Below are positions 29,271 through 38,197 of a DNA stretch of 64,000 nt, piece after piece (position 1 is the first letter of the stretch; every line of letters begins with the position of its first letter). The stretch covers positions 32,001 to 96,000 of the IMG/VR virus record IMGVR_UViG_3300022602_000031. One strand, given 5' to 3'. This DNA comes from a virus. The notes under the pieces were generated by a model. It was not told the DNA's origin. It searched no databases and saw only the letters and a list, made by a program, of their open reading frames with translations. A program made the translations under genes and the position numbers.

Positions 29271-30302
29271 ATGAACAAGTTTGAAAAATTAATTGAATAC
29301 ATCATTAATGATGAAGATCAAAAAGCACGTGAGTTGTTTCACGATATCGTAGTAGAAAAATCCCGCGACATCTATGAGTCCATTATGGACGAAGAGCAAA
29401 TGGAAGAAAACGTAGCCGGAAACCAGGTTGAAGATATGGTTGACGAAGTAGGCCACGAAGAAGCCATGGGCGAAGATGATGAAGAGGGTGAAGAATTTGA
29501 ACTCGGCGGTGATCACGACAGCGAAGAAGGCGGCGAAGAGCCAGCTTTCGGCGGTGAAGAAGAGCCAGCCGGTGAAGAAGGTCACGATGAAGTTGTAATG
29601 AACATCGACGCTAAGTTGGACGAGCTATTAGCTAAGTTTGACGAAATCATGGGCGGTGAAGAGCACAGCGAAGAGCCAGCTATGGACGACGAATTTGGTG
29701 GCGAAGAGCCAGCAATGGGCGACGAGCACGGCGAAGAAGCTTTTGCTGAACAAGGCATGATGGAAGGCGAGCAACCAGAGTGGTTGAAAAAAGGTTCTGG
29801 TAAATCAGGTTCAGCACAATCAGGTAAATCTGGTTCTGCCGCATCTGGCAAGTCTGGTAAGAGCGGTTCTGGTAAAACAGAAGGCAAAAAATCTACAAGC
29901 GAACTAATGCGCGAATACGTTGACAAGATTCAAGATATGAATCTAACAGGTGCTAGCGAAGGTGATGCTGTTGGTGCAGCCGGTAAAAAAGTTGCAGTTA
30001 ACACTAAGCCAGGTTCAGTAGGCCCAGGCGCAGACTTTGGTGGACACACAGCTACCCCTAAAGGTGGCGAGCAAAACCAAGACGGCACAAGCCCAACTAA
30101 AGCAAGCAACGAATATAACAAAGGCCAAGGCGAAATCAAATCTGGTAACCGTAATGTTCCAGGTGGCAAGGCTGACAAGTTAGAAACAACTGGCACAAAG
30201 TATGAAACAGAACACAAGCCAGAAGGTAAAACAGTTGGTAATGACGGTAGCGTTCCTGTAAACAGCAAGTCTGTACAGAAACAAAATGCTGGTAAGAAGT
30301 AA
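29271..30302 (+). CDS. Prohead core / internal protein (acidic N-half, basic low-complexity C-half)
   Basis: Lies between portal and protease; EEPA-type acidic repeats and SGKSGS repeats; good SD (AAGGAG). Confidence 0.6.
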   Translation: MNKFEKLIEYIINDEDQKARELFHDIVVEKSRDIYESIMDEEQMEENVAGNQVEDMVDEVGHEEAMGEDDEEGEEFELGGDHDSEEGGEEPAFGGEEEPAGEEGHDEVVMNIDAKLDELLAKFDEIMGGEEHSEEPAMDDEFGGEEPAMGDEHGEEAFAEQGMMEGEQPEWLKKGSGKSGSAQSGKSGSAASGKSGKSGSGKTEGKKSTSELMREYVDKIQDMNLTGASEGDAVGAAGKKVAVNTKPGSVGPGADFGGHTATPKGGEQNQDGTSPTKASNEYNKGQGEIKSGNRNVPGGKADKLETTGTKYETEHKPEGKTVGNDGSVPVNSKSVQKQNAGKK

Positions 30303-30324
30303 TTAATAGATTAGGGAACATAAA

Positions 30325-30963
30325 ATGGCTTTGTACCTAAAAGAGAACTTGACGTTCGACCGGGCAAATATAGTAGTTGAATCTACTGAATCTGCCGACG
30401 GGAAGGGAAAAGATCTCTATATGAAAGGGATATTCATCGAAGGAGGCGTGAGAAACGCTAACGAACGTGTATATCCCGTTCACGAAATTGAAAAAGCTGT
30501 CTCTACTATTAATAATCAGGTCAAAGAAGGTTATTCTGTATTAGGTGAAGTTGACCACCCAGATGACCTAAAAATTAATCTTGATCGCGTAAGCCATATG
30601 ATCTGCGAAATGTGGATGGATGGTCCTTGCGGTCATGGTAAGTTAAAAATATTACCAACACCAATGGGCAAGCTAGTTGAAGCTATGATTACATCAGGCG
30701 TAAAACTAGGTGTTAGCTCACGTGGATCCGGTAACGTTAACGAAGGTTCTGGACACGTTAGTGATTTTGAAATCATTACCGTGGACATTGTAGCGCAACC
30801 TAGTGCTCCTCATGCTTATCCTAAGGCCATTTATGAAGGTCTGATGAATATGCGTGGAGGGATGCAGGTATTTGAAATGGCACGTGAAGCCGGAAGTAAT
30901 CAAAGAGTACAGAAGTATGTACAAGAAGGCATTACACGCCTAATCAAAGATTTAAAACTATAG
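30325..30963 (+). CDS. gp21: Prohead core protease, T4 gp21-like
   Basis: GIFIEGGVRNANERVYP, GEVDHP, VSHMI, GVSSRGSG, DIVAQPSAPHAY. Confidence 0.93.
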   Translation: MALYLKENLTFDRANIVVESTESADGKGKDLYMKGIFIEGGVRNANERVYPVHEIEKAVSTINNQVKEGYSVLGEVDHPDDLKINLDRVSHMICEMWMDGPCGHGKLKILPTPMGKLVEAMITSGVKLGVSSRGSGNVNEGSGHVSDFEIITVDIVAQPSAPHAYPKAIYEGLMNMRGGMQVFEMAREAGSNQRVQKYVQEGITRLIKDLKL

Positions 30964-30975
30964 GAGAAATATCCA

Positions 30976-32091
30976 ATGTTAGATGCTATCAAACCATTGT
31001 TGGATAACGGAATTATTAACGAAGAAACTCGCACAGCGATTTCTGAGGCTTGGGAAGCTCGTATTACTGAAGCCAAAGAACAAGTTCGTGCTGAACTACG
31101 TGAAGAATTCGCACAACGTTATTCACATGACAAGCAAGTTATGGTTGAAGCTCTAGACAAAATGGTAACAGAGTCTCTCACTGCTGAACTCAAAGAGTTT
31201 GCAGACGAAAAACAACAATTAGCAGAAGACCGTGTTAAATTTAAAACACATATGGTCGAAAGCGCAGAAAAGTTCAACAACTTTATGGTATCAAAATTAT
31301 CTGAAGAAATCCGTGAACTACGTAGCGATCGCAAAGTATACGAAGGTGCTGTAAGCAAACTAGAAAACTTTGTAATCCGTGCGCTGGCAGAAGAAATCAA
31401 AGAGTTTGAAGCAGATAAACAGGCCGTAGTGGAAACTAAGGTTCGTTTGGTTGCCGAAGGTAAAGCTAAATTAGCTGAACTACAACAAAAATTTGTTGCT
31501 CAATCTGCTGCCGCTGTTAAAGAGGCTGTAACCAGTTCGTTAGAGTCAGAATTGACTCAACTGAAAGAAGACATCCAACTCGCTCGCGAGAATATGTTTG
31601 GACGTCGTCTATTCGAAGCTTTTGCTAGTGAATTTGCTGGTACTCACTTAAATGAGAACAAAGAAATTCGCAAGCTACAAGATACTGTTGGTATCTTGTC
31701 TACTAAATTGTCTGAAGCAGTATCAGCAATTGAAGAGAAAAAAGCAATAGTTGAATCAAAAGAAACAGAAATCAAAATTATTAAGGAATCGGCAGAACGC
31801 AAGGAAAAACTTGCTGAAATGTTGAAGCCTTTGAACAAAGAAAAGTCAGCAATTATGCGTGACCTTCTTGAAAGTGTACAGACTGATCGTCTTCAGACTG
31901 CATACGAAAAGTATCTACCAGCAGTTCTAAACAACTCCCCTGTTGCTAAGCCAGCCGTTAAGGTTGCTTTAACAGAGAGCCGTGTAGAAGTTACTGGTGA
32001 TAAAACTGCTAAAACTGCCGTTGACAATTCACAAGCATCCGACGTAATGTCAAATGTTTATGAAATGAAACGTTTAGCAGGGCTTAATTAA
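30976..32091 (+). CDS. gp22: Prohead core scaffold protein, T4 gp22-like
   Basis: Coiled-coil, Glu/Lys-rich protein between protease and MCP. Confidence 0.8.
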   Translation: MLDAIKPLLDNGIINEETRTAISEAWEARITEAKEQVRAELREEFAQRYSHDKQVMVEALDKMVTESLTAELKEFADEKQQLAEDRVKFKTHMVESAEKFNNFMVSKLSEEIRELRSDRKVYEGAVSKLENFVIRALAEEIKEFEADKQAVVETKVRLVAEGKAKLAELQQKFVAQSAAAVKEAVTSSLESELTQLKEDIQLARENMFGRRLFEAFASEFAGTHLNENKEIRKLQDTVGILSTKLSEAVSAIEEKKAIVESKETEIKIIKESAERKEKLAEMLKPLNKEKSAIMRDLLESVQTDRLQTAYEKYLPAVLNNSPVAKPAVKVALTESRVEVTGDKTAKTAVDNSQASDVMSNVYEMKRLAGLN

Positions 32092-32116
32092 ACCCTAAAA
32101 GGAAAGAGGAAATATC

Positions 32117-33295
32117 ATGACACAAGCATTATTAGAAAGCCGTTGGGGCGAGACCAAAGAAGCCCTGTTAGAAGGCCTACAAGGTTCTAAGCGCACCACA
32201 ATGGGTGTGATTTTAGAAAACACTCGTAAAATGTTAGCTGAGAACGCAACAGCTGGCTCTACACAAGCAGGTAACGTAGCAACACTTAACCGTGTTATTC
32301 TACCAGTTATCCGTCGTGTAATGCCAACAGTTATCGCTAACGAAATCGTTGGTGTACAACCAATGACAGGTCCAGTAGCACAAATTCATACACTACGTGT
32401 ACGTTACGCTGATCCAGTAACTGATAGTTCTGGTTATGCAACTAGCGTTACAGCTGGTGATGAAGCTTTATCACCATTCAAGATCGCTGTAGCATATTCT
32501 GGTAGCAACGCTACTGGTCAAGCTACTTCAACAGCGGCACTTGAAGGCGTAGCTGGTAACCGTATCAACGTTCAAATCTTGAAACAAGTTGTTGAAGCTA
32601 AGACACGTAAATTGGCTGCTCGTTGGACATTTGAAGCCGCGCAAGATGCACAATCTATGCACGGTTTGGATGTTGAAGCAGAAATTATGGCTGCTTTAGC
32701 ACAAGAAATCACAGTTGAGATCGACCAAGAAATTCTAGGTTCTCTACGTGCTCTTGCCGCAACTGATTACACATTTGACCAATCTGCCGTTTCTGGTACA
32801 GCAACTTTCGTTGGTGACGAACACGCCGCATTGGCAGTTCTAATCAACCGTACAGCTAACTTGATCGCACAACGTACACGTCGTGGCGCAGGTAACTGGG
32901 CAGTTGTTTCTCCAGCTTCATTGACAGTTCTACAATCTGCTACTACTAGCGCATTTGCTCGTACAACAGAAGGTACATTCGAAGCTCCTACAAACACTAA
33001 GTTTGTTGGTACATTGAATGGCGCAATGAAGATTTATGTTGACGGTTATGCTAACGACAGCCAAGCAGTTCTAGTTGGTTACAAAGGTTCTAGCGAGGCA
33101 GATGCTGCCGCGTTCTATTGCCCTTATATCCCATTGATGAGCTCTGGTGTTGTTCTAGACCCAAGCACATTCGAACCAGTAGTTTCGTTTATGACACGTT
33201 ATGGATATGTTGAGTTAACAAACACAGCATCATCTCTAGGTAACGCTGGCGACTACGTTGGTGAGATTGCTGTAGCAAACTTATCATTCCAATAA
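32117..33295 (+). CDS. gp23: Major capsid protein, T4 gp23-like
   Basis: LPVIRRVMPTVIANEIVGVQPMTGP, KTRKLAARWTFEAAQD, FYCPYIPL, FMTRYG. Confidence 0.95.
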   Translation: MTQALLESRWGETKEALLEGLQGSKRTTMGVILENTRKMLAENATAGSTQAGNVATLNRVILPVIRRVMPTVIANEIVGVQPMTGPVAQIHTLRVRYADPVTDSSGYATSVTAGDEALSPFKIAVAYSGSNATGQATSTAALEGVAGNRINVQILKQVVEAKTRKLAARWTFEAAQDAQSMHGLDVEAEIMAALAQEITVEIDQEILGSLRALAATDYTFDQSAVSGTATFVGDEHAALAVLINRTANLIAQRTRRGAGNWAVVSPASLTVLQSATTSAFARTTEGTFEAPTNTKFVGTLNGAMKIYVDGYANDSQAVLVGYKGSSEADAAAFYCPYIPLMSSGVVLDPSTFEPVVSFMTRYGYVELTNTASSLGNAGDYVGEIAVANLSFQ

Positions 33296-33330
33296 TATTG
33301 GATTGTCTAACCCAGGGATGGGAAGGAATA

Positions 33331-33355
33331 AAAAAGGCTCTTCGGAGCCTTTTTT
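33331..33355 (+). terminator. Intrinsic terminator after the major capsid gene
   Basis: AAAAAGGCTC-TTCG-GAGCCTTTTTT with a UUCG tetraloop. Confidence 0.9.
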
Positions 33356-33444
33356 GTTGGCGGTGAGATACATAAGATAAATATTTTTGTAGCAACAGCT
33401 ACAGCTCGTGTTTAACACACATACACACATTAAAGGAGAAAAAT

Positions 33445-33672
33445 ATGAGCAAAACACCTTACGAGATTCGTCTCGAACTACTCAAAATGGCTAACGAAAT
33501 CCTTGTGACGCCAGTCTTCCAACAACGTCAAGCATTGACTGATGAGTATCACTCTAAGTTAACTGACGCTAATCGAGGAACGCATCCGTTTCCAACCTTA
33601 CCAGATTTTCCGTCTAGCACAGACATTGTGAGCAAGGCCGAAGAACTCAAGAAGTTTGTAGATCAAGCGTAA
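33445..33672 (+). CDS. Small hypothetical protein in its own transcription unit
   Basis: SD AAGGAG at 33433-33438, late motif at 33378, terminators on both sides. Confidence 0.8.
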   Translation: MSKTPYEIRLELLKMANEILVTPVFQQRQALTDEYHSKLTDANRGTHPFPTLPDFPSSTDIVSKAEELKKFVDQA

Positions 33673-33676
33673 AACT

Positions 33677-33699
33677 AAAGCCCCGCAAGGGGCTTTTTT
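33677..33699 (+). terminator. Intrinsic terminator
   Basis: AAAGCCCC-GCAA-GGGGCTTTTTT with a GNRA loop. Confidence 0.9.
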
Positions 33700-33731
33700 G
33701 TTGACCGTATGTTTTGTACAGTAAATACTAG

Positions 33732-34418
33732 ATGAATAAAATGTTAGTGGGGTTTGGCGATAGCTGGACCTTTGGATCAGAACTCGATCGCCCAGCCAGT
33801 CAATGCTGGCTATACCAACTTTCAAATTTAGTAGGGTGTCCTAGTATCAATAAAGGAACACCGGCAAGCAGTATTGGTCATTTAAGTATACAACTCTTTG
33901 ATTTTATTAAGAATAATACCTACAATGATTACCATAAAATTTTTATGGTGGGGTTAACCGGATCTACACGTTACCTTAGTTATAGTAATCAACTTGAAGA
34001 ATTTGTAAACATCACACCAGAAGCAAACTACCGCACAGGTGACCTACACCACAGTGGTAAGCCACCAGACACAGTACAAGATTTTAATATTATTAGCAGT
34101 GAAACATATCGACGTGTACAGCACACACAATGGGACACATTCTTAGCGGCACAGACTATTTTTCAATTTCAACAATATTGTACGAATCAAAATATTACTT
34201 GCTATTTTTTTAGCTATTTTGATCAATTTGATTTTTCTAGTTATACTGATGTTATTGATACTACAGTCATACATCCAACAACAATCACACGGTCGATAAC
34301 AGGAATGGACTATACCAACAAGGACGTAATGAAGCATCCTTGTTTTGAAGGAAAGATATCACATCCTAATATATACGGCCACGAACAAATAGCAAAATTA
34401 TTATATACAAAAATATGA
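33732..34418 (+). CDS. SGNH/GDSL-like hydrolase
   Basis: GFGDSWTFG (block I) and C-terminal SHPNIYGH (block V-like). Confidence 0.65.
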   Translation: MNKMLVGFGDSWTFGSELDRPASQCWLYQLSNLVGCPSINKGTPASSIGHLSIQLFDFIKNNTYNDYHKIFMVGLTGSTRYLSYSNQLEEFVNITPEANYRTGDLHHSGKPPDTVQDFNIISSETYRRVQHTQWDTFLAAQTIFQFQQYCTNQNITCYFFSYFDQFDFSSYTDVIDTTVIHPTTITRSITGMDYTNKDVMKHPCFEGKISHPNIYGHEQIAKLLYTKI

Positions 34419-35386
34419 TTACAGTTTATCAAGGAATAGAAGGTGATGATATAGCCTGGCACCTAAAATTACTAGGTGCGGATATTACTCAATTACCCAA
34501 AGACATATTGTTTATCCCATTAAACAATCATTATGGATTACACACAGAATCATTTGTTGAAGATACTATAGAACAATCAAAAAATTATCGCGCTGTGATA
34601 TTTTATGATATAGTCAATTCAGGAGATTGGGAACATCCAAGATTTTGTGCATTTACTAAAAACTTTCCGCACCCCAATAAACATTGGCTAACAGTTAATC
34701 AACAACAATTCCAGGTACAAAATATAAACATCATACCTTGGGACTTTATGTGGAACAGATATCGTGCCTACTATACAGACACGCCGCCTCCGGGTAACAT
34801 ACATCACTATGCCGGCTCTACAGCATATCAATTACCAGATCTAACAACAGCAGATAAAAAGAAAAAGTTTATGAGTTTGTGTGGTAGAGAATATGGATAT
34901 CGTACACATTTATTTGACTTAGTTAAAGACTTAGATGGATACATCAGTAACCGTACCAAAGGAATATTTTTAGAACAACAAGATATAGTTGGTGCTTTTG
35001 TTCCTGCGCCTAACAAGTTTTACTTAAATAGTTGTTTAAGTGTATACGTTGAAAGTAATTGTGTTCGACCAGAATTAATACACATCACTGAAAAAACCTA
35101 TGAACCATTGGTTAAAGGACATTTTATATTGCCGTTTAGTAATCCTGGAACTATATCACGTATACAAACACTAGGGTTTGAGCTGCCGGACTTTATAGAC
35201 TATAGCTACGATCAAGAACCAGATGTGGCATTAAGATTTGAAAAATTTAAAACTGAATTATTCAGATTATTAGATTTAGATTTATACCAATTACACAGCA
35301 AACACCACACAATGTTTTTACATAACCAACAATGTCTAAAAACTATACCATACGATAATAGATTGTTAAAAATTCTCAATGTTTAA
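34415..35386 (+). CDS. Putative glycosyltransferase-like protein
   Basis: YVES...ITEKTYEPLVKGHFILPFSNPG...GFELPDFIDYSYD resembles C-terminal nucleotide-sugar-binding segments of GT-B-like phage proteins; inferred by eye. Confidence 0.4.
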   Translation: MITVYQGIEGDDIAWHLKLLGADITQLPKDILFIPLNNHYGLHTESFVEDTIEQSKNYRAVIFYDIVNSGDWEHPRFCAFTKNFPHPNKHWLTVNQQQFQVQNINIIPWDFMWNRYRAYYTDTPPPGNIHHYAGSTAYQLPDLTTADKKKKFMSLCGREYGYRTHLFDLVKDLDGYISNRTKGIFLEQQDIVGAFVPAPNKFYLNSCLSVYVESNCVRPELIHITEKTYEPLVKGHFILPFSNPGTISRIQTLGFELPDFIDYSYDQEPDVALRFEKFKTELFRLLDLDLYQLHSKHHTMFLHNQQCLKTIPYDNRLLKILNV

Positions 35387-36251
35387 ATTTTACCCGGAAC
35401 TTACTTTTGAAGCTAGCCTAGATCACAAACACACAGATTGGTCACCTGACCGTATGGAAACATATCGTCAATGGTACTCAGAAGATATCAAAGGAAAAAG
35501 CACACTACTAATGACCGTAGGTGATAGCTGGACCTGGGGAGACCACTTAGGCAACATAGACTGGGACAAGGCCAGCGATGATCCTGTTCGGCTGAAACAA
35601 ATATTTGGTAGACTATTAGCTGACCGGTTAGATGCTGATTGGGTTAATCTAGCTCGTCCTGGATGTAGCAACTATTGGATGCTGGAACAATTATTAGACA
35701 TACAAAAGCATTTGGCCAACAACAACTATCAACGAGTTGTTGTAGTAGTTACACTTACAGAAGATCTACGTGAAGCAACATACACACGCCGATTAAATGT
35801 TGACCGTCCCTACAGAGAATTTTGGGACACTAGTGAAACTATCAAAGATTTTTTAATTAAAGTAGAACAATTTTTATTCAATAACCTAGAGCATTATTTT
35901 AAACAGTTGCCCCAGGTAGAGGCCTATGTATCAAGAGCGTTTACTGACAGCTGGACAACTAGGCCGCTACTGCTAGATAAAACCTGGTGCGATATAATAC
36001 AGGAACAGTACCAATACTCAGACTATCAACGTCCAGTTCCTTTTATAGGACAGATGTCAATTGATCCATTAAACGAAAAATACATTACAACAGATCAACA
36101 AAAAATAGAGTTCCTAGACATAATGGAACGTGTAGGAACACGTTGGAAGTTTCTTGGATCAAGTCCTTACAATTTAAAAGGCAGTACTTGTCATCCTAAT
36201 CCTGAGGGTCATAGACTATGGTCTGACTATCTTTATAGTCAAATAGCATAA
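35379..36251 (+). CDS. SGNH/GDSL-like hydrolase
   Basis: TVGDSWTWG, NLARPGCSN, CHPNPEGH. Confidence 0.65.
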   Translation: MFKFYPELTFEASLDHKHTDWSPDRMETYRQWYSEDIKGKSTLLMTVGDSWTWGDHLGNIDWDKASDDPVRLKQIFGRLLADRLDADWVNLARPGCSNYWMLEQLLDIQKHLANNNYQRVVVVVTLTEDLREATYTRRLNVDRPYREFWDTSETIKDFLIKVEQFLFNNLEHYFKQLPQVEAYVSRAFTDSWTTRPLLLDKTWCDIIQEQYQYSDYQRPVPFIGQMSIDPLNEKYITTDQQKIEFLDIMERVGTRWKFLGSSPYNLKGSTCHPNPEGHRLWSDYLYSQIA

Positions 36252-36325
36252 ATAGTTATGTTCATTAGAACTCTCGGAGTAGCCACTTCGGGTAGCCTAG
36301 AACGCTATTTAAAGGAGAAAATAAA

Positions 36326-36766
36326 ATGGCAAAATTAAAAATCGCGGCAAAAGAATCAAACGGTACACTACACGATCAATATACTGGTCCATCTAAATTA
36401 GGTGGTACAGGTGGTGCTAGCCAGGCTATCACATCAACTGGCGTAAAAACTATCGCTATCGCTTACAATACTACAGCAAATGCTCAAATTGCTAACGGTT
36501 ACATTGTAGCACAAAAAGGTGCTCATAAGTTCCGTGTAGTTGATCAATCTGTAGCCAACGCTACTACAGTTACATTGGTTAATGCTACAGGTAATTTAAG
36601 AACAGCTAGCCAAGGTACTATTACTGGTTACAACACTAGTAACGTAGCATTTAACGCAAGCCGTATTACTAACAAATTTGTTTACGATTTTGCTGGTAAC
36701 AAAATGCGTTATGTATTAAGCCCAACAGTAGCCGGCAACGGTTTTGCTAACGTGGCTTCGTACTAA
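36326..36766 (+). CDS. Hypothetical virion protein
   Basis: 146 aa; strong SD; own late promoter and terminator; IVAQKGAHKFRV motif. Confidence 0.75.
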   Translation: MAKLKIAAKESNGTLHDQYTGPSKLGGTGGASQAITSTGVKTIAIAYNTTANAQIANGYIVAQKGAHKFRVVDQSVANATTVTLVNATGNLRTASQGTITGYNTSNVAFNASRITNKFVYDFAGNKMRYVLSPTVAGNGFANVASY

Positions 36767-36783
36767 TCTAAATTAATTTAGAT
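36766..36783. repeat. Perfect 18-bp palindrome
   Basis: ATCTAAATTAATTTAGAT, immediately before the terminator. Confidence 0.8.
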
Positions 36784-36786
36784 AAT

Positions 36787-36809
36787 AAAACCCGCTCCGG
36801 CGGGTTTTT
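36787..36809 (+). terminator. Intrinsic terminator
   Basis: AAAACCCGC-TCCG-GCGGGTTTTT. Confidence 0.88.
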
Positions 36810-36866
36810 GTTTGATTTAAGCATAAGATCTATAGAGCATAAATATAGTATAAACAGGATACTTAA

Positions 36867-37439
36867 ATGAGCGTCACCAAAAGAATCAAAGGTAATTATA
36901 CCATAATTAACAGAGATCCTACTCTAGGGACCTCGTCTAACGTAACAATATCCACTAACACATTGTATATCGATGGTAATTTAATTGTTGGCGGAAATGC
37001 CCAACAGGTTACACGTACCGATACAGCAATCACAGACAATATCATTTATTTAAATTCAGGTGATGCCGGCCCGGGTGTAACTTTAAACACAGCTGGTCTT
37101 GAAATTAACCGAGGTAGTCTAGCAAACGTTGGCTTACTTTGGAATGAATCAGTTAAGGCCTGGCAAGTCAGTGATCAAACTGGTGGTAATTTTTCTAACG
37201 TAGCTACCAGTGTTGGTGGCGGGACAGCAATTACAGCTTTGTTTCAGGACTCAGCACCTAAACTAAGTGCTAACATAAATTTAAACAGCCACACAATATA
37301 CGACAGCACAACAGGTAATGTTTCAGCAAACATCAGCAACGTTGGCGCAGGCGGTACTGGTGTATACAGCAATACATATCTTGGCAATCACGAATTGATA
37401 TCAAAGCGTATGGCTTTGATTTATAATAATCTTCTTTAG
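36867..37439 (+). CDS. Tail fibre-related structural protein
   Basis: TDNIIYLNSG...AGLEINRGSLANVGLLWNES module, shared with other fibre genes. Confidence 0.6.
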   Translation: MSVTKRIKGNYTIINRDPTLGTSSNVTISTNTLYIDGNLIVGGNAQQVTRTDTAITDNIIYLNSGDAGPGVTLNTAGLEINRGSLANVGLLWNESVKAWQVSDQTGGNFSNVATSVGGGTAITALFQDSAPKLSANINLNSHTIYDSTTGNVSANISNVGAGGTGVYSNTYLGNHELISKRMALIYNNLL

Positions 37440-37448
37440 GAATAAAAA

Positions 37449-37763
37449 ATGAGTATACAGAACACAGTTTTATCAACCACAGTGGCTAACATTTTAGTTG
37501 GCAGCGGTTCTCTTGGAACAGCAACTACTACCGTTTACTTGTGCAATCGTAGCGCATCAAACGTTCTTGTTAATCTGTATGCTGTAAGTTCCGGATCTAT
37601 TGCCAGTAGCAACAACATCATTTATAGCAACGTTATATTAACTACAAATGAAACTTATATTATGGACGTGGAGAAAATCTTCTTAGGCACCGGTGATATG
37701 TTACAGGCTAATGCTGGAACAAACAATGCCGTTGTAGCAACAGTAAGCAGTATAGGTATCTAA
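37449..37763 (+). CDS. Small beta-rich virion protein (fibre adaptor-like)
   Basis: 104 aa; similar in pattern to 57743-58075. Confidence 0.6.
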   Translation: MSIQNTVLSTTVANILVGSGSLGTATTTVYLCNRSASNVLVNLYAVSSGSIASSNNIIYSNVILTTNETYIMDVEKIFLGTGDMLQANAGTNNAVVATVSSIGI

Positions 37764-37765
37764 TC

Positions 37766-38194
37766 ATGGGACGCTTTCTTAAAAACGCCCAACTGAATAG
37801 TCGGAGTAAAGCAATTCAGATCCCTCTAGGATCTAGTGCCATTGGTCCTGATCAGGCTGTTAATGGTCAGATGCGATTTAACCAAGACAACAGTAAAATT
37901 GAATTCTATTATAACAGCACCTGGAATCAGGTAGCTAAGATTGGATCTACACAACTAGTAGCAGACTCGTTTAACGGCACTGGCTCACAGACAGATTTTA
38001 CAATGTCACAGGCCGAAACAGATCCAACTGCTATATTAGTAACCATTGGTGGTGTTTATCAAATCCCTACAACACATTATACAGTCAGCGGAACTACTAT
38101 TCATTTTACAAGTGCTCCACCAGCTCCTGGTGTGAATCCTAACCAAATCATAGTTATTCACAATATCACTAGTACCAAAACAATCGGAGACTAA
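37766..38194 (+). CDS. Virion structural protein
   Basis: GQMRFNQD..KIEFYY..W plus F-G-GSQTDFT...VTIGGVYQIP module, which recurs in 40209-43058 and 46257-49985. Confidence 0.6.
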   Translation: MGRFLKNAQLNSRSKAIQIPLGSSAIGPDQAVNGQMRFNQDNSKIEFYYNSTWNQVAKIGSTQLVADSFNGTGSQTDFTMSQAETDPTAILVTIGGVYQIPTTHYTVSGTTIHFTSAPPAPGVNPNQIIVIHNITSTKTIGD

Positions 38195-38197
38195 TCA

